64,000 bases of DNA from Geosiphon pyriformis uo1. Lineage: Eukaryota > Fungi > Glomeromycota. The position numbers were made by a program, and so were the translations under genes. A model generated the notes under the pieces. It saw only the letters and a list, made by a program, of their open reading frames with translations, ran no database searches and was not told where the DNA came from. The stretch lies in contig JAAOMT010000484.1 in NCBI GenBank assembly GCA_016748015.1, positions 71,443-135,442 on the forward strand, read 5' to 3'. Within the stretch, counting starts at the first letter, position 1; every line of letters begins with the position of its first letter. Below, piece after piece: positions 28,888-39,895 of this stretch.

Positions 28888-30034
28888 TGTTACCAGAGGT
28901 TTTTGGTCTCTTTTCTTGAATGTTGTTAATGTTAATTTGCTGTGAATTCACATTCTTAAGAAGTAGTTGGATCTTTAGTAACTGAATTTATCTTCAAATT
29001 ATCTCCTATAATTTGAACTGCTGGACTTATAAGTAGAATAGCCAATTTCTTGCCAGTTACTTTATGTAGTTATATTGTAGTAAATATCAACTCTTTCTCA
29101 GGAATTGCTCATCTGGAAGCTCACTAAAAATATGTAGTTACTTTGCTATTGAAAGTCAATTCTTCTACAGGAATCTTGTTTGTAGGCTATCCCAATAATT
29201 ATAATAAAAAAAGTGAAAGAAAATAGAAAAAATGTAAAAAAAATAGAATTGTGTTGAGGGAAACGTTTTCTATCCAGGCCTGGAGTTACTAACAGTTTAT
29301 TGAAATTGGTAGCTAATCAATTTCAAAATGTTAGTTGAGTTAAGAGGATTTCAAGTGTAATATTTTTAAGAATTTGTTTTTTGAATATTTAATTTTTATT
29401 TGAATATATAAAAGATGATTTGTTTCAATTAAGATATCTAAAGTAGGATGCTATAGTAAAATACTATAAGAAGATACATTTTCTTGAAGAGAGAAGCTCT
29501 TCTTTTATACAACTTGTTGTAGTATTAGTCTTTGAACTTGCACTTTTCTCTTTGCTATAATTTGGTGAACTAAAGATACATTTTGGCAAACTACAAGTTT
29601 ATTTCACTGAACTATTGATTATTTCGGCCAATTTTCATTAATTTCGGTGAATTTTGACTATGTTAAATGGTTCAGAGTATTGTGTAATTTGATTATCTTA
29701 ATTTTTATGGTACAAATTAGATTATTGATTGAGTAATAATATTTGATAATTTGATTAAATAATAAGTAATATTCGAAATAATAATAATATATACTAATTA
29801 ATAATAGGAATTATGAGAGTAATTTTATGCTAATTAATAGCTAAAATTCTACTAGTAACATAATCTCTTTCTCAAGACTGAGCTCTGTTAAAGTCAAAGT
29901 ACTATCTGTAATGTTAAGATAATGGTCCAAGATAATTGAAGTGATTTGGTCTGAAAATTGTTGAAATTTCAGTTTTGTGAGCTTTTCAATGTATTGAATC
30001 TTTATTGGATAAAGTATTGGGTTTTATAGGACGT
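28888..30034 (-). mobile_element. Element G: 3' end of a family-C Gypsy copy on the minus strand (3' LTR 28888-29860, PPT, ORF3 end), interrupted by D
   Basis: Reverse complement matches the C LTR and C 62548-62721. Confidence 0.88.
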
Positions 30035-31217
30035 TGTTACGGTTTAAGAATTTAGCAAAAAGAATCATAAAAATAATACAAACTATTCAATCATAATATA
30101 GCACAGTAATAATCTTAGAAAGGTAATGATTAACATAGTAGCAAACACCATCTCACGATAGTGGCAAGCACCAGTTCACAATAGCAGCCAACACCAACTG
30201 GTGATAGCAGCAAACACCAGGTTGAAATATCAAAAAGAAAGTATTACAATGTGTTTTCTCATAGAACTACAAACATGTATATATACAGTAGTTTTAATAT
30301 TGGGAAATAATCAATCAAGTAATAAAAATCATAACTTATCAAGCAACAGATCCAATTTTATCCAACAAACTCCACTTTAAATCATACTTTCAAATTAAAT
30401 ATTCNNNNNNNNNNNNNNNNNNNNGTGATAGCAGCAAACACCAGGTTGAAATATCAAAAAGAAAGTATTACAATGTGTTTTCTCATAGAACTACAAACAT
30501 GTATATATACAGTAGTTTTAATATTGGGAAATAATCAATCAAGTAATAAAAATCATAACTTATCAAGCAACAGATCCAATTTTATCCAACAAACTCCACT
30601 TTAAATCATACTTTCAAATTAAATATTCTAAGAAATCTTTAAAAATCAAAAAGAAATGAAAAAGAATATTTAAAACGGAACTATCACAACCCAAAGTATT
30701 AAGAAACTTACTTGTATTATTTATTGAATGAAACTATCATTCATCAACTGAATCCCTTGGAAGAATAATCCTTGATCAAGATTATTCACATTGTTACTAA
30801 TTGATAAAAGCTTTATTGTGAGAATTAGAAAAGCACTAAAGACTATTAACATTCTGTGTTTTTAGATTAGAGAAACACATTAGGCAATTGCAAGGATAGC
30901 CTCAGAGAAGACCCCAAACAGTGGGTAGATTTCAGTTCAGCCTCTGAAAAGAAGTACATAAACACACACAACAATCAAGAATTAAAGAATAGCTTACATC
31001 ACAACAGTAAAAAGAAAGCCTTCAGTATAACAGTGACATTATCACACAAATAGAATTAAGGAACTCACAAAAGACTGATTGCAATTAAAACGGGATATCA
31101 GCAATTAAATATAACAAGAAAACTATCCCATAACATTTGGTGAACCCTACGAAGAAAGAAAATCAAAAAGGAAATAATAATTAGCAATAATTCATTGCTA
31201 AAAAGAAAAAGACAAAA

Positions 31218-34200
31218 GTGGTGACAAAAACCCCTAATCTTACTGTTCTTGAATTCTGCCATGCTATTTACACACAAAATCAAAGTGATCTTGGATTACC
31301 AGAAGAGTGTTGTCCAGCAGAATCTGCCCTCACTTATTATATCAACGCCAGAATAAATTATCATATAGGAAAAGAAGAAGAACCACATGACACAAAACTT
31401 GGATTGTATAGAGAATTATCACAATACACTACAAAAGAAGTAGCAGTAATAGCCACAACTATTGTCAAAATCCATCGAAAAATTGAGCAATACGCCAACG
31501 AAAATTTTCCAATATTCACAGGAAACACTAGGGAATGCGCCAACAAAACCAAAGAAAATTTAGAAACTAATAAGGAAAGTAACCAGCAAAAACTAGGAAC
31601 ACCAGCTCAAATGCCAAAGAAAACTGTCACTCAATCAANNNNNNNNNNNNNNNNNNNNNNNNNNNNNNNNNNNNNNNNNNNNNNNNNNCCACTTTAAATC
31701 ATACTTTCAAATTAAATATCCTAAGAAATCTTTAAAAATCAAAAAGAAATGAAAAAGAATATTTAAAACGGAACTATCACAACCCAAAGTATTAAGAAAC
31801 TTACTTGTATTATTTATTGAATGAAACTATCATTCATCAACTGAATCCCTTGGAAGAATAATCCTTGATNNNNNNNNNNNNNNNNNNNNNNNNNNNNNNN
31901 NNNNNNNNNNNNNNNNNNNNNNNNNNNNNNNNNNNNNNNNNNNNNNNNNNNNNNNNNNNNNNNNNNNNNNNNNNNNNNNNNNNNNNNNNNNNNNNNNNNN
32001 NNNNNNNNNNNNNNNNNNNNNNNNNNNNNNNNNNNNNNNNNNNNNNNNNNNNNNNNNNNNNNNNNNNNNNNNNNNNNNNNNNNNNNNNNNNNNNNNNNAT
32101 ATCATCCCACCTCCTCTTAGACCAATAAACCCACCAGCAGAAAACGGCAACGAAATGACCACACCATACATTGCAAGACTAACAGATTTCTCAGGAGAGG
32201 AAGAAGAAACGGACGTGCATACATGGCTCAGAGAAGCACAAAAAGCCATCTAGGCAAATAACTGGAACGACCAAAGAGCAATTCAAACATTATCTTTCTT
32301 CCTGAAAGGCACAGCCGACTCGTGGTATCAAAGCCTGGAAACAAAACCCACGAGCTTTACCGAATTTAAAAATGCACTTCTGGAGTATTTTAGCGACCCA
32401 AACACCATAATTCAACTACAGAACAAATTCAATACTATCAAGCAAAATACCAGTGAAACTGTCACCCAATACCTTGCTCGATTCAATCGAATTTGCTGTC
32501 AGATTGAAGCGATTGAACAAGGATACTACACTGATTCTCAGGTTTTAAATCAGTTTATTAGAGGATTAAAAAGCAGCATTTTAAGAAGAGTATGCTCTGC
32601 CCACCTTAATTTCTTACCAGAAGCCGTTACGCTCGCCAGAGCCCTTGAATCAGCCGAGAAAGAAGCTAATCATAGTCAAATGGTTAACATAGTAATGGAG
32701 GAAAATAAGACAGAAACATTAGAGAAAAAAGTAACGCAATTAGGGGAGGAACTCTCTAAGAAAATAGAAAGTTACCTCATCCCAGATCTGAGAAAAAATA
32801 CATACCAACCACCCCAAAGACACAGCCAAAAAGTCAGCAACAGTCAAAATAATCACTCGTCGCGCCAGGAATTCAGAACAGAAACGCGCGCCTGCCATTT
32901 TTGCAAACGCGTAGGACATTTGATTAGTCAATATCGAACACGAATGATGCAGGAAGCACGCGAAAATAATTACTATGCGCCATCTCAAATGCCCAGAAAC
33001 CAGTACATGCCAATACCATGCCAATATCCCATCATGTATCAAAATCAAGGAGCTTACCAGCAACAGCCCATGATAGCCAACCCGAATTGGCGTCCCGAGA
33101 CCCGAAATCAGCCCATGTAGAACCAGAACACATTGGTCTAGAGGAATCCAAACCACGCTGGAACCAATTAGCAAACCAATCCAAACTACCAAAATTATCA
33201 ACAAACTTACCTTAATATACCGGAAAACCTGATCATTGGAAACAATGAGGATAGAAACATAAACAGAACCAAGAATTCCTCCAAATTGAACCAGACAATA
33301 CCACCAGCAGTTGCCACCGAAGATAGCAGCCTCACAGCTATTTTTCCTTTTGAATTAAAGGAAAACGAGACTATGTTCAGTGGAGCAGTATTGGACAAAA
33401 AATGCCCAATCACTGCTATGTATATAGAAGCCACTGTAAACAATACCCCAATCAAACTTATCTTAGACAGCGGATCCGCTGGAAGCATCGTAACATTTCA
33501 ACTAGTAAACCAATTGGGTTTTAAAGTTGATTGTGCTGTGACGTCCCAAATCATAACAGCTGATGGAAGTACAAAGCTGCCTCATGACAAAATCGACTCA
33601 TTCCCTTTCGAAATTAACGGCATAGTAATACTTACAAAAGTATTAATAATGGATGCTACACAATATTAAGCGTTAGTAGGGAATGACTGGCTAACAAAAG
33701 CCAACGCCACCCTAGACTGGACCACCCAAGAGCTTCTGATCAATTATAATGGCCACCAGGCCAAAATTCCAGCCACCTGTGGCCACTTCCAAAAACCCAG
33801 TGCCAACCAAAGACCTATCTTCGAATTTGAGAAAAATCCAGCACTACCAGCCATCGAAACCTATCAGCTCTTTTGGGCTGATGACCAAAAAACAGGACTA
33901 CCAGCCGTACCAATGTGGACCAGCGAAGAAAGATCCGAATGGAACCAGGTAAGTTCACAAAGAAACCACCAGCAATGTAAACCAAAGCTAGAATGCTCGG
34001 TTTACAAGAAAAAACTCTCATCTATGACTGCGTGCAGCGCACCAGACAAAGACCCAAGAAACCCCACCCACTACTATTGTAACCATTGTAACAAAAAAAA
34101 ATATGGTTACTCAGAAAGACATGGAAAATGGGACAAGGAACTGTGCTTCACTTGTGGAGAACTGTTACCAAGAGGGTGTGACTGAAACGACTTACCAGGC

Positions 34201-36985
34201 AGAGGAGAAACGTGTGACGCAACTTGCCAATACACGATTCTCATCTGTGACTGGGTAAGAGGAGAAACGCCATTCAAAGCAGCGTTCAACAGAGCGTTAA
34301 AAAGACTACAGCACTACCCATATGACGAGAACGAGTTGTACAACACCGCACAAGCCAAAGTAAGAGAAGGAACTACCGAAAAAATATGACGTTGGAAAGA
34401 GTCAGCCGAAGTAGCTGATGAAGTCACCAGCTACAACATGTTCGACCCAGTGGACAAATTCCAGGACTACTACCAACAACTATGCCTCACTCGACAAGAG
34501 CAAGAACAATACCTCGCCCAAATCAACACTTACCTCTGTGAAAACTGTCTCATTCCGTGCCAAAATCAGTGCTGTGAAGAGTGTCAAGACGAAAGGGACT
34601 TAGAAAGAAAAATGGAAATTGAGAATCAGCAGTCTCAAAATCAATCAATAAATCAACAAGACTCACCTGACGGTCCCAAGTCAGAAAAATTTGTAGCCTA
34701 TATTGACCTAGAACAGGTGACCAACATCCAATACTTTGACAACGGACACTTAAGAATAATACCTGAAAGAGCCCATTCAACTGACGCCGGATTCGATCTA
34801 TGTTATCCAGAAGACCAATCCACAACATTACCACCCAGGAGCATCACCAAAATCGACCTAAAAATAGCAGTTAAAATTTCACCAGGAATAATGGTTCAAA
34901 TGGCATCGCGATCAAGCCTCGCGAAAAAAGGAATAAGTGTTCAAGAAGGAGTAATTGACTCTGGATACACTGGAAATTTGATGGTTTTGCTACAGAACAA
35001 TTCAGAAAAGCCTTATACTATTGAATCTAAGAAAAAGATTGCACAAGCAATTTTCCTACCATTGATAAAAATTGGGAAATTTGTGCCAGTGGAAAATCGT
35101 GAGGAATTGTTACAAACAACGAGAGGAACTTTTGGTTTTGGATCGACAGAAAAAAGAATTGAAGCGAATTTTGCTGAAACAATAGAGGAAAAAGGCAAAG
35201 TAATTAAAAATGAGCAGTCCATCACGCTTCTACCATATGGAAAATCAGAAATAAGAATAAAAAGAACAATTAAAGAAAAAGATCTAATATTTGAGCCCTA
35301 CCCAGAAACTTGCCAACAGTTTCTCATAGAACTTACTAACCTTTTTATTCCAGCTGATAAAGCTCAATGGATAAAAATTTCTATCACAAACACCACAGAA
35401 GAACCCGTCTACATTTCGGAAGATACCATCATTGGATACCTCGGAATGGAGCTAGAAAACGTGTCAACACCACAAGAAATTCTAAATTTCCCAGAAATTG
35501 CCCTCTACTGTGAACTCACTTCAATAAATTGGCAACAACCGTTAGAATGCTATCAATTTATGCCAGAAAAATTGGCCAAATTAAACATTGGAACAATGGA
35601 TTCTGACCAACAGCAACAATTAAAAGCATTAATTTTAAAATACTCTGATATATTTTCAAGAAATGGCGAATTTGGAAAAACCAACTTGGTTCAACACCAA
35701 ATCCCCACTGGAGATGCCAGACCTGAAAAACAACACGATTACCATGTCCCACCAATGAAGCATAATTTTATCAGAGAAGAAGTCCAAAGCATGTTGGAAA
35801 AAGGAATAATACAATCATCAATGAGCCTATGGTCCTCACCAGTTGTTTTAGTAAAGGAAAATGAATGGAAAAATTAGATTTTGCATCGACTATCATAAAC
35901 TAAACAGCAAAACAACTAAAGACTCATACCCAATACTGTTAATTGATGAAATCTTCGACGTTTTTGGAGGAGCAAAATGGTTTTCTATACTGGACTTGAC
36001 CAGTGGGTACTGGCAAGTGGAAATGGACCCAAAGGACAGGCATAAAACAGCATTCACAACACAAAATGGCAATTATGAGTTCAATGTAATGCCATTTGGA
36101 TTAACAAATGCTCCCGCAACATTCCAAAGACTAATGGACGTAATTTACTCTGGAATCCTGTGGCAATCCATTGTTGTCTACTTGGATGATACAAATGTTT
36201 TCTCGTCAAAATTCATGAATCATCTCCAACATTTACAACAAGTTTTTGAGAGATTGAGACATGCTGGACTTAAACTAAATCTAGAAAAATGTTTCTTTGG
36301 GAAAAATGAGCTAGCATTTTTAGAACACGTAGTTGGAAAAGATGGAATAAAACCAGATCCATCAAAAATAGACAAAGTGAAAAATTTTCCAGTACCTCAA
36401 AATGTTTCAGAAGTTAGAAGCTTTTTAGGACTTGCATCTTACTACCGCCACTTTGTAGAAAACTTTTCAAACATCGCCAAACCTCTTAATTACCTACTAT
36501 CTAAAAATGTGAAGTTTGAATGGACTGAAGCACAACAAAAAGCTTTTGAGTACCTTAGACAAAAGCTCATTGAATCACCAATAATGATCTATCCAAATTT
36601 CAACAAGAAATTCAGTTTGGTCACAGATGCCTCTGGAACTGGACTTGGAGCCATTCTGTCACAAAAAGATGATAATGGAAGAGAATGTGTAATTGCTTAT
36701 GTCAGTAGAAGTCTCAGTATGGCAGAACAAAACTATGCAGCACATGAACTTAAATGCTTAGCAGTAGTCTGAAGTTGTGTTCACTTTGACACATATTTAT
36801 GGTACCAATCCTTTGAAATTACAACAGATCATAGAGGTCTGGTCTGGTTAAATAACAAGAAAGTGCTAAAAGGAAAATATGCCAAATGGTCACAAACATT
36901 AGCACCATACAATTATATTATCAAATACAAAGAAGGTACCAAAAATGCTAATGCCGACTGTTTGTCAAGAATGAGACACACATAA
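31218..36985 (+). pseudogene. Element D gag-protease-Cys-rich-dUTPase-RT-RNaseH polyprotein (stops, one frameshift, N gaps)
   Basis: CHFCKRVGH knuckle, LILDSGS protease, RFCIDYHKLN, GYWQV, YLDD, TDASGTGLGAIL, ends NADCLSRMRHT*. Confidence 0.9.
34765..35148 (+). other. dUTPase domain of element D
   Basis: All five trimeric dUTPase motifs: AGFDL, SRSSLA, GVIDSGYTG, IAQAI, RGTFGFGST. Confidence 0.93.
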
Positions 36986-37014
36986 AAATCACCAACCCAC
37001 CCGCCACAACAACA

Positions 37015-38394
37015 ATGAACAACCACCTTTACAAAAACCTCAGCCAATACTTGGAAACACTACAAATAGACAAAGAAATGCTAATAAAAGAGCTAATTAA
37101 GCTCCAAAAATTAGCAAAACACTATTTCATCCAAAATCACATACTTTATTACCGGAATCGACAAAATTCAGATAATCCATTAAGAGTTATAACCACAGAT
37201 GAAAAAGAAACTATCTTATTTAACATGCACTCAGATATTCATTCAGGCCACTTTAGAAAAACAGCAACCATTCAACGTGCAACTAGCTGTTACTATTGGC
37301 CAAAAATGAATTCAGACATAATCCAATACATAAAAAATTGTGACCCATGCCAACAAAGAGGAGGAGCAAAAACAATGGAATTATTAAGACCAATAAAAGT
37401 TGGACAGCCATTTGACAGAATCAAAATTGATTTAGTTAGACCCTTACCAATAACAACAAGAAACAACCATTATATTGCAGTAGCCATGGACTATCTCACC
37501 AAATAGCCAGAAGCTAGAGCTATTAAAACAGCTGATGCTATTTCCATAGCTCAATTTGTACATGAAGACTTAATTTGCCGACATGGATGTCCACAAGAAT
37601 TGCTATCAGATCAAGGCACACACTTCGTAAACAGCACCTTAAAAGAACTTAGCCAAAAATTTGGAATCAAGTGACTACTGTCATCACCATACCACCCTCA
37701 AACAAATGAATTAGTTGAAAGATTTAATCACACATTATGCGAATCACTGGCAAAAATTAGTAACAAACATGAAAAAGAATGGAATTTGTTCATACCAGCA
37801 GTACTACTAGCATATAGAACAGTAAAACAAGATACTACACAATTCACACCATTTGAACTAGTTTATGGAAAAAAAGCCATATTACCAATTGAACTTACTA
37901 TCCCAACTTATCCAAGTGACACTATCACGGAAGCAACATTCCAGAAAACACTACTTAGAAGAACATACGAATTAATGGGAACTTTAAAAAACAAAAGAAA
38001 AAAAGCAGCACAAAATATTGAACAATCACAAGAACAACAAAAAGTGAGACATAATAACCAGTTACCAGATAATATAATTAGCTACAAAATTGGAGATAAA
38101 GTATTGTTGCATCGTACAAAAATGAAAAAACAGTGGAGTGGAAAATTTGATCACAAGTGAAATGGACCATTTTATATTCACGAAATACTTGGAAATGAAG
38201 CATACAAGCTAAGACTAGATGATAAAATATTAAGAAAAGCAGCACATGATAACCAGCTGAAATTCTATTACAGTAAACCAGTAATAACAACAAAAACACC
38301 CAAAATTGGAACACAATTATCTTTAATTCTACCAGAACAAATTCCACGAGATTTAGAACCAATAGTTTTAATTGAACATTATTCGAAAAGATAA
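37015..38394 (+). pseudogene. Element D integrase, separate ORF with its own ATG (internal stops)
   Basis: H-H-C-C zinc finger, IDLV, SDQGTHF, PYHPQTN..VERFN, GPFYI module; no chromodomain. Confidence 0.9.
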
Positions 38395-38478
38395 TTAATC
38401 TTAGATCACAGCAAAAATGATTTAACAACCATAAAAACACATGCAAAAGATTCTAAAATAACATTCAAAATTAAAACA

Positions 38479-39895
38479 ATGATACTTATTCCAGAAAACA
38501 TCAACAATATAACTCAACAATTAGTTGAAAGCTTACAACAATTAAAATCTGATCTAGAAATCACAGTTAATAGCTCCAAAATAACATACATAAAAAGAAC
38601 AATAGAAAATCCAAAAACAAGAAAAGAACATAATTTTGAACCATATAATATTGTCAAATATAACAACAAATTTATTAGCAAAGTTATTGAAAAATTAGAG
38701 ATAGCATTGGGCAATACATTAATAATAGAAGAAATAGAAATAAGTGAATTAACACCAGACACATTTAGCAACTTGANNNNNNNNNNNNNNNNNNNNCTGA
38801 AGCACAACAAAAAGCTTTTGAGTACCTTAGACAAAAGCTCATTGAATCACCAATAATGATCTATCCAAATTTCAACAAGAAATTCAGTTTGGTCACAGAT
38901 GCCTCTGGAACTGGACTTGGAGCCATTCTGTCACAAAAAGATGATAATGGAAGAGAATGTGTAATTGCTTATGTCAGTAGAAGTCTCAGTATGGCAGAAC
39001 AAAACTATGCAGCACATGAACTTAAATGCTTAGCAGTAGTCTGAAGTTGTGTTCACTTTGACACATATTTATGGTACCAATCCTTTGAAATTACAACAGA
39101 TCATAGAGGTCTGGTCTGGTTAAATAACAAGAAAGTGCTAAAAGGAAAATATGCCAAATGGTCACAAACATTAGCACCATACAATTATATTATCAAATAC
39201 AAAGAAGGTACCAAAAATGCTAATGCCGACTGTTTGTCAAGAATGAGACACACATAAAAATCACCAACCCACCCGCCACAACAACAATGAACAACCACCT
39301 TTACAAAAACCTCAGCCAATACTTGGAAACACTACAAATAGACAAAGAAATGCTAATAAAAGAGCTAATTAAGCTCCAAAAATTAGCAAAACACTATTTC
39401 ATCCAAAATCACATACTTTATTACCGGAATCGACAAAATTCAGATAATCCATNNNNNNNNNNNNNNNNNNNNNNNNNNNNNNNNNNNNNNNNNNNNNNNN
39501 NNCCAGACACATTTAGCAACTTGAAAACGAAATTTCCAATTAATTACTGTTATTATCAACTAGAAAAGCACTTGAACATACAAACATTATACTCAAAAGA
39601 CTCAACTAGAGTGTTTGACAAAACAACTATCCAACTATTAGAACCTTTCATTGAAAAAACCAACACTACATTCCATTCAAAAACAGTTTACAGAATTTTC
39701 AAAGCATTTGAAAACTGTCACAAATTATTGTTGGACCCAACCATGAATATAATAACAACCAACAGTATTGGACGACTTACCAACTCGCAATTTCAAGAAT
39801 TACAACAACAAATTAATAATACAGTATTGAACCACTATAGTAACTTAGAATTTAATGAAGAAATTAACTTCGATTTTGACGGAGCTCAATCTTGA
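38479..39895 (+). CDS. Element D ORF3, unknown function (222 aa once the misassembled block is removed)
   Basis: 38479-38776 and 39525-39895 join in frame through the 22-bp overlap ccagacacatttagcaacttga present on both sides of the gap block; homologous to ORF3 of C and H. Confidence 0.7.
38797..39452 (+). other. Assembly artefact: apparently identical 656-bp copy of 36525-37180 placed between two N gaps
   Basis: Bounded by Ns on both sides; the outer flanks overlap. Similar gap-edge duplications at ~30424-30627 and ~31689-31869. Confidence 0.85.

Noticed and set aside
31689-31869. Apparent third LTR fragment inside D gag
   Set aside because: Sits between two N gaps and duplicates LTR sequence; most likely a misplaced contig.
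38797-39452. Apparent second RNase H/integrase module in element D
   Set aside because: Identical-looking copy of 36525-37180 bounded by N gaps with overlapping flanks; an assembly artefact.
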